Both the position numbers and the translations under genes were made by a program. Below are positions 40,560 through 64,000 of a stretch of DNA of 64,000 bases, in pieces (position 1 is the stretch's first letter; every line of letters starts with the position of its first letter). A model generated the notes under the pieces. It had not been told where the DNA came from and did no database searches. It saw only the letters and a program-made list of their open reading frames with translations. The DNA lies in assembly GCA_964016885.1 (NCBI GenBank), contig OZ024757.1, positions 11,780,001 to 11,844,000 on the forward strand. Direction: 5' to 3'. The DNA comes from Eledone cirrhosa. Lineage: Eukaryota.

Positions 40560-41940
40560 CATCATCACTGGTTTACATCCATTATTCCACACTAGCATGG
40601 GTTAGATTGTTGGCCTGTTGTGGGCAAGTCAGGTGACCATGTCTTGTTTGTACAAAACTGATTTTAGCTTATTCTACAGCTGGATGTCCTTCCTAACGCC
40701 AACCTCATTTACAGTGTGGACTGGGTGCTTTTTGTCATGACACCTACATGACCACTTTACAGTGTGGACTGAGTGTTTTTTGTCATGACACCTACATGAC
40801 CACTTTACAGTGTGGACTGGGTGCTTTCTTGTGACACCTACACAACCACTTTAGAGTGTAGACTGGATGTTTTTGTTGTGACACCTACACAACCACTTTA
40901 CAGTGTAGACTGGGTGTTTTTGTTGTGCCACCTACATGACCACTATACAGTGGGGACTGGGTGTTTATGTTGTGACACATACACAACCACTTTCGAGTGT
41001 AGACTGGGTGTTTTTGTTTTGACACCTACACAAACACTTTACAGTGTAGACTGGGTGCTTTTGTTATGACACCTACACAACGACTTTACAGTGTGGACTG
41101 GGTGTTTATGTCATGACACATACACAACCACGTTACAGTGTGGACTGGGTGCTTTTGTTATGACACCTACATGACTGGGTGTTTTTGTTGTGACACCTAC
41201 ACAACCACTTTACAGTGTGGACTGGGTGCTTTGTTGTGACACCTACATGACCACTTTACAGTGTGGACTGGGTGCTTTGTTGTGACACCTACATGACTAC
41301 TTTACAGTGTAGACTGGGTGCTTTTTGTTGTGACACCTACACAACCACTTTACTGTGTGGACTGGGTGCTTTTGTTATGACACCGACATGACCACTTTAC
41401 AGTGTGGACTGGGTGCTTTGTTATGACACCTACATGACTACTTTACAGTGTGGACTGGGTGTTTTTTGTTATGACACCTACACAAACACTTTACAGTGTG
41501 GGATATGGGCTTCACTAGATGGGTACTTCGGCCTGTCCTCATGGAAGATGTATGGGGTGTGGGTGGGTTAGGTGGTTTTTTTCACACTGTATATATGCTT
41601 CAGCTTCGGCCTGGGCCTGTGGGAAGTGAGGTCTACTGTATTATTACGTAACACCAGAGATCTTGGTCCTGTGCCATTGAGAGGTGCAATTGGGCAAGGT
41701 CAGCTTTTATCGCCTCATCCCAAGTCTTCCTGGCTCTCCTCGCACCAAGGCTTCCATCAAATTGAGCGCTCTGCACCTTTTTATGCAGCTGTCATCCTTC
41801 ATACACATCACAGATTCATACCAACGCAACCTCGTGCACACAGCATTTCATTCCTCTTATGCTTAGTCTCTCTTTCAGTTCGTTTATGCTTTGGCGTTCA
41901 CATATATTACTATTACACATCCATCAGAGGATGCAAGCTC
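40560..41940 (-). mobile_element. RTE 3' fragment with expanded 3'-UTR tandem array
   Basis: Matches the RTE 3' end (22000-22648) in reverse. Confidence 0.85.
40708..41501. repeat. About 47-48-bp minisatellite, about 17 copies
   Basis: Unit acagtgtggactgggtgctttttgtcatgacacctacatgaccacttt; starts at 40711, 40759, 40807 and onward. Confidence 0.93.
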
Positions 41941-41948
41941 ATATACAT

Positions 41949-41991
<43 letters not shown>

Positions 41992-42630
41992 CTAGGGCGG
42001 GTAAAATTCCCGAGATCCATGGATGAGTTCTCTCCAGCGGTCTCTGTCCCTCATTATCGCTGCCATGACCTACGTCTCCAACAGACCAGTGTCTGTCCTT
42101 AGGGCATCAACATACGTTAACCTTGGTCTTCTTCTTCCAGTGTGTCCATGTAGGGGCTCCCACAGGAGCACTGAGTACAATGTCAACTCTGGATGTCGGT
42201 GAGCATGTCCAGCTAACCTCAGTCTCATCTGTGTCACTTTTGAGCTGATTTTGGGAGGCTCCCATACATCTCTGAGTTTTTCAACCACAGTGTATACTGA
42301 TTAATGTTCTGAGCGATCCTCGGCATTCTCGTGTAGCACCCATAGAGCATCTGAGTGAGTTTCTCGGTCAGTGTCCAAGTCTCAGACCCGTACAGTAGCA
42401 CAGACTCCACTACATCAATGAAGAGGCGGATTTTCAGGTCTTTACGAAGGTCCGATTTCCACACCGATCTCAAGCTGTGGCACGCTTCCCAGGCTTTGCT
42501 CTTCCTCTCAACCACATCATCTTCCGTATTCCCAATCTTTGCTCCCAAATACAGGAAATCCTCAACCAATTCTAGCAGCTTTCTGCCTACATTAGTGATC
42601 CCCTCTGGCTTCTCAACATTCTCTACCAGT
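41992..42630 (-). mobile_element. Second RTE-like family, 3' fragment
   Basis: [28 protein letters not shown]. Confidence 0.85.
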
Positions 42631-42633
42631 ATA

Positions 42634-42760
<127 letters not shown>

Positions 42761-43138
42761 ATATATATAAATTACATAATAATTAAAATTAAAAATTTAA
42801 AGTTAAAAAGGCACAGAGTGGAATGCATGCAACATAAATTAGAGAGGCATTAAGGTAGAGTTACTCGGGAAAAACGAGGACACTAGTAGTACATATGCAA
42901 GCGTATAGAGAATATATACATATTCATCTATGTATATATAACAAAGAAAGTGTGGTAAGGTGGATTATAACGCACCAGAGTACTCAATACTTAGTGTAGT
43001 GAATTGAGTGAGTTCGGATCTAACTGTCGTAACGCCTGGAGGTCAGCCATCGGGGTCTTGACGCTGTTCCTATATATATATATAAAATAAAGTAATTAAG
43101 TCAAATATTTAAGATTTGGCTTAGTTTATTAAAGATGT

Positions 43139-43193
43139 ACTGCTATATATATTTCGGTGACAGCCATCATTGGCTGTGACCTCTTCAGGCAGT
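43139..43193 (-). ncRNA. Type I hammerhead ribozyme (family J)
   Basis: acugc CUGAAGA ggucacagcc aaugau ggcugucacc GAAA uauaua UA gcagu. Confidence 0.8.
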
Positions 43194-44106
43194 TCGAATT
43201 GGTGTGGTAGAGACAGGTGCAGATGTTGTTAAAGTGTTTTACTCCGTCAATACTCTGATATGTCCAGCTCCTGATTGGGTTGTTATTTTTCTGAGGAACT
43301 GGAATTATATGAATTCGAACAACCAACATATACTCAACATATACTAAAAATATATATATATCAATGATATATATTTATTTTATTTTGTAGCTTATTTTAA
43401 AGATAGTTTCCATTTATTAATATCATTGATATTAAACTCCAGAAGAATACTGGAGAGTGCTTCGAATCTGTTATAAATAAATTTGTTGAATAATTGTAGT
43501 AGCTGCACATTACAGAGTGTACTGGGTGTATGTGTAGATGTGTGTGTGTGTTGAATTCTCTGAGGCCTACCATATTTAACAAATTCGCAACCATTCACAT
43601 TCACATTGACACACAGACACACACACACACACACAGGCAGGCAGATACATACGTCTCGTCGTCATGGTTTACTATAGTTCACTATAGAAGGATTATTTTA
43701 GATCAAATATATTATTTTAATCCAAATGAAATTATAAATTACAGGTTGACACACCCCGGGGGGTATAATCCTTTCGCCTTGTAAAATTCCATTTGATTTT
43801 GTCACCTTTTGAGAATGCATAAGAACAGACAGAGAAACAGAAAGACAAAGAATTTTATCTATAGAGAGATAACCTCCTGTAAATCATTTTATCTATAGAA
43901 ATAAATCTATAGATAAAATGTTATCTATAGATATAAATTACACTCTGCAATGTAAATAAGTGTAAAATAGATCTGTCAGTTTATGTCCCTTCCTTTGCTG
44001 AAAAAAGAAGTAAATGACATAGTCACTACTTTAAAATAATAGCGCAAGCTCTTCAAAATATTTATAATTAAACATACAGTATATCACCAAATATACTATA
44101 CATACA

Positions 44107-44689
<583 letters not shown>

Positions 44690-44723
44690 CGTATATATAT
44701 GATATATATATATATATATGTAT

Positions 44724-45025
44724 ATGGAGGCACATGGTTTCGAGGTTAGAGCATTGGCCTTGCAATCGAAAGGTTGTGAGTTCAATTCTCAGACCGGGTG
44801 ATGAGTTGTTTCCTTGAGCAAGACACTTTATTTCACATTGCTCCAGTTTACTCAACTGTAGAAATGAGATGATAGGACTGGGGTCCCTATCATTCCACTG
44901 CAAAGTGGTCTTGGAGGTGTCATGGCAAAAAAGCACCCATCCGACACTGTAAAATGGACGTGTAGGCACCCATCACTCACTGTAAATGAGGTTGGTGTTA
45001 GGAAGGGCATCCAGCTGTAGAAATC
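44724..45025 (+). mobile_element. tRNA-derived SINE head joined to an RTE-type 3' end
   Basis: ggaggcacatgg..., B-box-like gagttcaattc, ttccttgagcaagacactt core, then RTE 3' UTR sequence. Confidence 0.75.
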
Positions 45026-45106
45026 ATATATTCATATATATATATTCACATATAAATATATTTATATATATATATATGAATATATATATATATATATATA
45101 TATATA

Positions 45107-46920
45107 ACTGCTACAGGGTAAAGGAGATGCCCTAGGTAGGGGTAACTATAGAGGCATTAAATTAATCGACCAGGTCATGAAGGTCACAGAAAAAGTAATA
45201 GCGCAACTAATCAGAGAGCGAATTGGTCTAGACGAAATGCAGTTTGGGTTTGTGTCAGGTAAAAGTACCACAGACGCTCTTTTCATTGTACGACAACTAC
45301 AGGAGAAGTACCTAGCTAAAAGTAAACACCTATACTAAGCTTTTGTTGACTTGGAGAAAGCCTTTGACAGAGTCCCCCGTTCCATTATCTGGTGGGCTGT
45401 TATTTTTTATACAAGCCATGTATAAAGAAACAGTCAGCAAGGTAAGAATTAACAACGAATATAGTGAAGAGTTTAACGTAAAGTTGGTGTTCATCAGGAT
45501 TCCGTCCTTAGCCCCCTACTATTTATTATTGCCCTTCAGACTATAACAGAGGAGTTCAAGACCGGCTGCCCATCGGAACTCCTATACGCAGATGATCTAA
45601 CGCTCATAGCTGAATCAATGGCTGAACTAGAGAAGAAATTCAAAAACATGGAAGCATGGCCTAGAATCAAAAGGCCTTAAAATTAACCTGTCTAAGACTA
45701 AAGTTCTAGTTTGTAGGAAGGAAAATAAGGCATCGCTCCCATCCGGGAAATGGCCATGCTCAGTGTGTAGGAAAGGACTAGGTAGAAACTCCATTTTATG
45801 TCCCAAATGCAAAGTATGGGTGCATAAAAGATGTAGTGGGATCACAGGTAAGCTAACTAAGGATATAGATTTTATATGTGGCCGGTGCTCTGGTGCAATA
45901 TGTAGCAGCAAGTGCCCACAGAATACTAGCTCATTCCATTGCACAGATGGTTCTATAGAAATAGTGGACACCTTCCGTTACTTGGGTGACAAAATCAGCA
46001 GTGGGGGAGGATGCTCTGAAAGTACAGTACCAAGAGTCAGAACTGGATGGGAAAAGTTCAGAGAGCTTATACCACTATTAACCTCTAAAGGGTTCTCTCT
46101 AAAAATGAAAGGCAGGCTGTATGATGCCTGCATACGAACAGCAATGTTACATGGCAGTGAGACCTGGGCATTGTGTGCAGAGGATATACGCAGACTGGAG
46201 AGAAACGAAGCTTGCATGCTTCCCTGGATGTGTAATAGTAATTACCTGAACGGCAAAGCATAAACAAACTAAGGGAGAAATTAGAAATAAGAGGGATCAG
46301 ATGTTGTTTACTCGAGAGAAGACTACGTTGGTATGGTCACGTGATGCGCATGAAAGACGACAGCTGTATAAAAAAGTGCAGGGCAATAAAAATAGACGGT
46401 AGCCACGGAGTAGGCAGACCCAGAAAAACCTGGGACGACTTGATAAATTCCGACCACACACACTTACACCTCTCCAAGACAATGTCACTGGACCGAGAGC
46501 TTTGGCGCTACACAATAATAGAGAAGACCCGCCTTACCTAAGTCCAAAGTGAAACCTACTACAGTCAGTAGGTACTTCTAACAAAATACACCACCGTCCC
46601 ACTACCCCCACCCATCCACACCACCCTTTTCAATGTAAAGTTATGTTGGTGTCACAACATCCAGCCCGAAACAAATGAGGTCGTGTAGGTGTCACGACAA
46701 AAAAACCCACAGTCCAGGCTGTAATGTGGCCGTGTAGGAAACACGGTAAAAACCTCCTAGTTCCACACTGTAAATGTGGTTGGTGTTATGAAGGCATCCA
46801 GCCGTAGAAAACCCGCCAGACAGTCCTATACGAGCAAGACAACCACTCTTGCCTCAAGATGGAAAACTCCCGTCCAAACCCATGCAAGCGTGGAATATGG
46901 ACGTTAAACGTTGATGATGA

Positions 46921-46924
<4 letters not shown>
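45107..46924 (+). mobile_element. RTE-clade LINE, 5'-truncated
   Basis: GNYRGIKL, YADD region, Cys/His insert, LHGSETW, GRPRKTW, (GAT)n. Confidence 0.93.
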
Positions 46925-46955
<31 letters not shown>

Positions 46956-46999
46956 ATATATATATGTATATATATGATATATATATATATGTATATATA

Positions 47000-47051
<52 letters not shown>

Positions 47052-47058
<7 letters not shown>

Positions 47059-47590
47059 ATAAAGTTAAATAAAAAGTCAAATGTTTAAAATTTAGCTTCG
47101 TTTATTACTGCTATATATATTTCAGTGACAGCCATCTTTGGCTGTGACCTCTTCAGGTAGTCCGAATTAGTGTGGTATAGACAAGTACATATGTTGTTGA
47201 GGTGTATAATATTGTCAATACTCTGATATGCCCAGTTCCTGGTTGGGTTGTTATTTCACTGAGGATATGATTCCAGTTCCTCAGTGAAATAACAACCCAA
47301 CCAGGAACTGGGCATATCAGAGTATTGACAATATTATACACCTCAACAACATATGTACTTGTCTATACCACACTAATTCGGACTGCCTGAAGAGGTCACA
47401 GCCAAAGATGGCTGTCACTGAAATATATATAGCAGTAATAAACGAAGCTAAATTTTAAACATTTGACTTTTTATTTAACTTTATTTTACCTTACTCCGGA
47501 GTAAACAAACCAACCTGCGCACTTCGTCGAGTGCTCCAGCCTGCATACTGAGATGTTGCATACAACCAACATATACTAAAAAAAAATATA
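47052..47590. mobile_element. Family J fold-back with two opposed HHRs (47108-47160 minus, 47382-47436 plus)
   Basis: About 210-bp near-perfect arms 47056-47265 and 47278-47488, 12-nt spacer, tail beyond 47488. Confidence 0.88.
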
Positions 47591-47603
47591 TATATATGTA
47601 TAT

Positions 47604-47982
47604 GGAGGCACATGGCTTAGTGGTTAGAGAATTGGGCTTGCAATCGAAAGGTTGTGAGTTCAATTCTCAGACAGGTGATGTGTTGTTTCCTTGAGCAAGA
47701 CACTTTATTTCACATTGCTCCAGTTTACTCAGCTGTAGAAATGAGATGATAGGACTGAGGTCCCTATCATTCCACTGCAAAGTGGTCGTAGAGGTGCCAC
47801 GGCAAAAAAGCACCCATTTGACACTGTAAAGAGGACATGTAGGCACCCAGCCCACACAGTAAATGAGGTTGGTGTTCGGAAGGGCATCCAGCTGTAGAAA
47901 TCAAGCCAGAATCAGTTCCCGTCCCACCCTTGCAAGCAGGGAAAAGTGGACGTAAAATGATGATGATGATGATGATGATGAT
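47604..47982 (+). mobile_element. SINE head + RTE-type 3' end, second copy
   Basis: Near-identical to 44724-45025; ends in (GAT)n. Confidence 0.8.
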
Positions 47983-48361
47983 ATATACATACATATTCAT
48001 CTATGTATATATAACAAAGAAAGTGTAGTAAGGTATCAGGTGGACTATAACGCACCAGAGTACTCAATATTTAGTGTAGTGAAGTTGGTGAGTTCGGATC
48101 TAGCTGTCGAAACGCCTGGAGCTCAGCCGTCGGGGTCTTGACGCTGTTTCTATATATATATATATATATATATATCAATGTTATATATAAATGATATATA
48201 TTTATTTTATTTTGTAGTTTATTTTAAAGATAGTTTCCATTCATTAATATCATTGATATTAAACTCCAGAAGAATATTGGAGAGTGCTTCGAATATGTTA
48301 TAAATAAATTTGTTGAATAATCAACAAATTAAATATACCTTAGCTTATATATATATATATA

Positions 48362-48578
48362 TTTATTAAAATTACAGATTAAAGTTTAAGCAAAGAATCG
48401 GTGCTTTCACCCTTGACGGGAGTTTCAGAGGATCCCGTTAAGGGTGAAAGCAGCGATTCTTTGCTTAAACTTTAATCTGTTATTTTAATAAATATTTGCT
48501 CTACGGTTCTTATATATTTGATATATATTTATCCTTATCGAGCCCTCTTTGGATTTTAGTCTTCAAATTTATTATTAT

Positions 48579-48582
<4 letters not shown>
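48362..48582. mobile_element. PLE family A mini fold-back (HHR-like motif at 48421-48471, plus strand)
   Basis: Inverted arm 48362-48420, then agtttcagaggatcccgttaagggtgaaagc... and the family tail. Confidence 0.82.
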
Positions 48583-48636
<54 letters not shown>

Positions 48637-48678
48637 ATAAGCAGCGATTCTTTGCTTAAACTTTAATCTGTTATTTTA

Positions 48679-48786
<108 letters not shown>

Positions 48787-48919
48787 ATATATATCTATAT
48801 GTGTATATATATGTATATCGACAGTCGATCGACTTTTGTCAAATTTGACCAAGGAAACAATGTCTCCGTTGGTCTTTCCAATTGCTAATACTATCTACCG
48901 GTCGCAACTCCAGGTAGAA

Positions 48920-49043
48920 GGAGCAATGTGAAATAAAGTGTCTTGTTCAAGGACATAACGCATCGCCTGGTCTGGTCCAGGAATTGAACTCACAACCTCA
49001 AGATTGTGAATCCAATTCTCTAACCAGTCAGTCACACGCGTTC
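48920..49043 (-). mobile_element. tRNA-derived SINE head fragment
   Basis: Reverse complement resembles 47604-47722. Confidence 0.7.
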
Positions 49044-49099
<56 letters not shown>

Positions 49100-49106
49100 T
49101 TATATA

Positions 49107-49139
<33 letters not shown>

Positions 49140-50224
49140 GAAACTAAAAGAGGGAGAGAAAGAGATAGTGACTGACAGATTTGAGGTGTAGAAACTCAGT
49201 GTGTGTGTGTGTGTATGTGTGTATGTATGTATGTGTGTGTGATAATATTTCTTCTTTTCTGTTCCCTCATTATGGGAGGGGACTAAAGATAATGTCTTCA
49301 GACACCCCTTCTACAATCCCATTAGTAGCAACCATCTCATACACACTCAGACATATCTTTCAGAATAACACTTCCAAATATAGACTGACTCACACACATA
49401 TATATTGATAGACACGATTACACATACATAGGCACACCCACATATATCTATGATAATGGCACTCCCAAATATAGACATGCTTTAATCCCCCCCCCCCACA
49501 CACACACCTTCTCACACAGGTAACCAAGATCTTTATATAATAAAACTATTGAAAGTTTTCCAGTCAGTAATGCGAAAATCACAAACAAATCAACAAGTCG
49601 CCTCAAAGACAGAGACATTTTTGACTAAGGTAAATACTTTTAAATAACTTTTAATTAATCTAAAATTACTAACACAATAATTGTATGAAATTCTTAGTAA
49701 AATTTAGATATTTCAGTCGACAATTAAAACAATATCTTTGACATGTCACCACAACACAATCTAATAGTGTAATTAATCTAATATAGTGTTAATTACTTGA
49801 GTCAATATTATTATTATAAACATTTTAATTATTTTGAAAATACTAAAACATTTAATTTATGATAAAGTCATCCAATATATATTGAAAATCTCTATACCTA
49901 TAACTACCCTTTCATTTCCTGCTAATATTATACACTATACAGAAGGAAGTTAATAAATAATAGATTTAAAAAGGGTGGAAATATCGATAAACTCGAAGTA
50001 GAACCCAGCGATACACAGGGGAAAGATCAGTGGATAATATGCTGGTAATTAATAATTACAACTTTGTATAAATATATTATACATTACATATATTTATTAT
50101 ATATATATATCTATATATTATATGTATATATATATATATTATACATCGTCGAGTCTTCCAAACTGACTATTTTTCTTATTCCACAATGCTTCAAGCAAAC
50201 CTGAACACTCTCTTATATTATTAT

Positions 50225-50635
50225 CATTATTATTATTATCATTTTACGTCCGCTCTTCCCTGCTTGCAAGGTTGGGACGGGTCTTTTTCAACACAGCATC
50301 TCTCCAATTGTCACGGTCCTTCGTCATCTCCACAGTGAGCTTCAGCTATCTGAGGTCTGTTCTCACCAACTCTGCCCATATTTTTCGTGGTCTACTTCTA
50401 CCAAGTCTTCCTTCAACTGGCATTTCCTGGCACTTCTTCACCCATCGGTCATCCTCCATGCGCATCACATGTACATACCACCTCAGTCTCCTCTCCCGTA
50501 CACTACATTCTATCCCTCTCAGACAGTTTCTCTCTCAACACATTCATGCTGGGTCGTTCACACACGTTGACATTGCACATCCAACGGAGCCTGCTTGCCT
50601 CATTTCTCTCCAGCTGTCGCATATCCAATGCAGTT
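50225..50635 (-). mobile_element. Diverged RTE 3' fragment
   Basis: Reverse strand encodes an RRLRWYVHVMRMED-like C-terminus; tail cttgcaagcagggaagagcggacgtaaaa. Confidence 0.75.
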
Positions 50636-50644
50636 GCAGATATG

Positions 50645-50838
50645 TAGGAAAAGAGTCAGGTCCCCGACGGCTGAGCTCCAGCAGTTTTGACAGATAGAGT
50701 TCTGATCTAGCTGTTGAAATGGCCGGAGTTCAGCTGTCGGGACCTGACACTTTTCCTATTACCCACTGTACTACACTAAGTATTGAGTACTTTGGTGCGT
50801 TATAGTCCACCTGGTTCCTTACCACACTTCCTTCGTTA
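50645..50838 (+). mobile_element. Family D fold-back
   Basis: Hairpin 50645-50758 plus the tail shared with 30450-30530. Confidence 0.7.
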
Positions 50839-50884
50839 TATATATATATTGTATATATATATACATATATATATTGTATATATT

Positions 50885-51165
50885 AATTAAAATAACAGAT
50901 TAAAGTTTAAACAAAGAATCGCTGATTTCACCCTTAACGGGATCTTCTGAAACTAACAAAGTCAATCTGTAAACGCAGAACTGGATATTTCAAAAAACGT
51001 TGCAACCGGAGGAAGACAGGAAGACGATACTTTGGTTCGTGGTAACGTTCGCTGGCAAAAAACGGAAAAAACGAATATTTGCTCTACGGTTCTTATATAA
51101 TTTGATATATATTTTCCTTATCGAGGCCTCTTTGGATTTTAGTCTTCAATTTTATTATTACTATA
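50885..51165. mobile_element. PLE family A remnant (inverted arm + tail)
   Basis: 50885-51075 matches 3190-3385; tail 51075-51165. Confidence 0.8.
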
Positions 51166-59279
<8,114 letters not shown>

Positions 59280-59679
59280 ACCCCTTAGCCTTTGTCAAGG
59301 CAGAATTCTAGGAGAAGGAAAACTCTGATATAACACCTGCAACCCTGATGGTATCCAATGATGTTGACTTGTTCTTCTTTTTGGTAAATATCATCTTGGT
59401 TAAGAGAGTGGGACTGGCTTTGTGCAGTGCCTTTGCTCACTATAAAAGCTTCACGGCACAGGCATTGCTTTATATCTGGAGATCTCTCTGCACTTGTCGT
59501 CACATGGTACCATGGGCCCAGCACTATGTGTCAGTAATTGTCACAGGTGTAGTGTTTGTACCAGAGTTTTCAAGTCGCTGGCTGGACTAAAAAGTCACAC
59601 TCGTTCAGCGCATCGGTAGGGGTTCTCCTACATGGATATAAAGTAGTGGCCGTACTCGAAAACGAGTTGGCAGCCACCA

Positions 59680-61700
<2,021 letters not shown>

Positions 61701-61704
61701 AAAT

Positions 61705-62194
61705 ATATATCCCCACACAGACTTCCGCATTGCATTATAACCAGCGGACTAACGCACAGAATAATTGTAACTGTAGAGCTAATAGAACCTGCCCTTTAGA
61801 TAAAAAATGCCTAACCAAGGATGTCATATACTCATGCACAGTCACGACTAATAACTCTTCAGAAACCTATGTAGGCTCCACTTCTAACTGCTTCAAAATC
61901 AGATATAACTCGCACATCCACTCGTTCAAAAAGCACAGCCTAGCCAACTCCACCTCACTTTCTAGCTACATACACTATCTAAAATCTAAAAATAAACCAT
62001 ACACACTCAAATGGGAAGTGATAGGCAGCGCGACCTCGTACAAACCACCTAATAAATTCTGTAACCTCTGTATACTAGAGACACACAATATTATCTTCTC
62101 CAACCGTAACCTACTTAACAAAAAATCTGAGGTGTTTGCAACTTGCCAGCACCGCCTCAGACATTCCTTCCAAAACTTTAAGCCCTATATATAG
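61705..62194 (+). pseudogene. PLE GIY-YIG endonuclease domain (family A-related, distinct element)
   Basis: [24 protein letters not shown]...[16 protein letters not shown]...TSLSSYI...CNLC...LLNKKSE...CQH. Confidence 0.9.
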
Positions 62195-63615
62195 CAATGT
62201 CGGACTGGAACCTAACACCACATCTAGCATCAAACACCAGAGACACACCCTATACTACATACCCAACACTAGCTGATCCATTATAACACAAACAACGACA
62301 TCCCTCTGGAACCCTTCGCAGGGAAAATACCCATTTTATACCTCTACGGCAGGTGTGACAACATCCACCCACTTGGACGGCACTACACCGCTCTAAGGGT
62401 AATTTGAGCATGAATTGATCGGTTGGATGGTGTTGGGCAGAGGAAACACCTTCCTTAGACAGATGTAAAATGATTTAATCGAGTAGCGCTGTTGACCAGT
62501 AGGACCGGGCTGCTGAGCGCAGTGAGTGAATGCAATGCAACTGCCGTGCGGGTTGTACGTATATGGATGATCTGACGGTCAGAGAGGGGTCGCGAGGACT
62601 GCAGATTGACCTTTGGCCTGCCTGGGGACGATTATCTTTCGACATCCAATGTAGCAAGCGATGACCCAGATCTTACCAGAGATCATTGGGTCCTGAAGCA
62701 ATCCTGCAATCACCGCGCCTGGTCATATGAGCAGACTACAACCACAGAGATCATTAATTTAGAATCCTCGCTCATCATCTATAATTTCCATTTGTAGCAC
62801 CTTAAGATGGGTTAATCCACCTTAATAATAATATGATCACCTTCAGCATAATTTAGTTAAACTACTCTATAGTTAGTACACTTTATGCTTTAAAAGTCTC
62901 TCTTGGAAGGTGCACCTCACCATAGAATTTAGGGTCTATATTGGGACACATTTTAATGGCTAAATATAGAAACCCCAGAGTTACCTCCCCGCATGCATTA
63001 ACTCCCCTTAGCCACACACACACTTCCGGTATTCAATGGCGTTTCTCGAAACGTAACAACCTCCTGTATCGAACTAAAGAACACCAGACTACGATCTCTA
63101 ACTGGATTGTCGTGGATTATGTGAAAGGCATATAATCGAAATATACACTCCCTTGACCATGAAAATGCCGAAGTACACGAATTACTTGACATCCCTGCGC
63201 TGTGCATCTCCAATACTTATAACACTTTTAATGCTTGCACTATCTTTAATGCTTATAATATTTCTCCACACACAGACTATATCAATCATATAAAGACTTT
63301 GCCACCAGATCTACCAACCTAACACTCTTATTTACCTACCTAAGTGCCTCCACCACACATATCTCTCTGCCACACTATATAAACAAGACGCACATGCGTG
63401 CCACACATATAACATTTGCACTATATAACCACTTATCTTCATGTTGTACTTTAACCTATATCTTTGATTTTTGATTGTACCTATTAATATAAATGTAATC
63501 TCGAAGTGTGTACTGCCACTCTAAATTCTGTAATGAATGTTGACCCACAATGTTTGAATATGTATCAATGTTTGAATATGTATTGGTATGTCTCTCGGCT
63601 GAAAAGGAGGTCATA

Positions 63616-63815
63616 NNNNNNNNNNNNNNNNNNNNNNNNNNNNNNNNNNNNNNNNNNNNNNNNNNNNNNNNNNNNNNNNNNNNNNNNNNNNNNNNNNNNN
63701 NNNNNNNNNNNNNNNNNNNNNNNNNNNNNNNNNNNNNNNNNNNNNNNNNNNNNNNNNNNNNNNNNNNNNNNNNNNNNNNNNNNNNNNNNNNNNNNNNNNN
63801 NNNNNNNNNNNNNNN
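63616..63815. other. Assembly gap (200 N)
   Basis: Run of n. Confidence 1.
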
Positions 63816-63923
63816 GGTTGGTGTTAGGAAGGGCATCCAACTGTAGAAATTAAGCTAGAATCAGTTCCCCTCCCGCCCTTGCAAGCAGGGAATGTGGATG
63901 TAAAATGAAATGATGATGATGAT
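63816..63923 (+). mobile_element. RTE/SINE-type 3' tail
   Basis: ggttggtgttaggaagggcatcc...(GAT)n, as at 47868-47982. Confidence 0.75.
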
Positions 63924-64000
63924 ATATGCTCTGTTGGATGGGCAATGTCAATGTGGGTGAACGACCAAGCATGAGAGAGAAACTGGGTATAAGAGGGATA

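Noticed and set aside
40708-41501. CRISPR-like array
   Set aside because: No unique spacers, no cas genes, eukaryotic context; the unit derives from the RTE 3' UTR
63104-63151. Hairpin followed by GAAA downstream of the GIY-YIG fragment
   Set aside because: A stem II-like helix is present, but there is no recognisable CUGANGA or UH

Overview
AT-rich, repeat-saturated animal genomic DNA. The repeat spectrum resembles an octopus or other cephalopod, but that is inference. I can support no host protein-coding gene; nearly all long ORFs in the track are translations of (TA)n, (CA)n or (ACC)n repeats. The real coding remnants are all retrotransposons: three Penelope-like element (PLE) fragments (RT and/or GIY-YIG), about nine RTE-clade LINE fragments from two families, one near-full-length CR1-type LINE and one L1/Tx1-type RT fragment. 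There are also tRNA-derived SINEs, hAT-type MITEs, a 3.5-kb (ACC)n array, over 10 kb of TA-based microsatellite and a 200-N gap. The main hidden signal, found by folding by eye, is about ten different sequence families of type I hammerhead ribozyme (HHR), several with non-canonical cores. Most sit in short non-coding fold-back elements inserted in (TA)n tracts. These share one layout: an inverted arm with a fixed start, a variable turn, a sense arm with the HHR, and a family-specific 3' tail. They look like a large non-autonomous, PLE-derived ribozyme mobilome. Folds and coordinates were derived manually and need computational confirmation.
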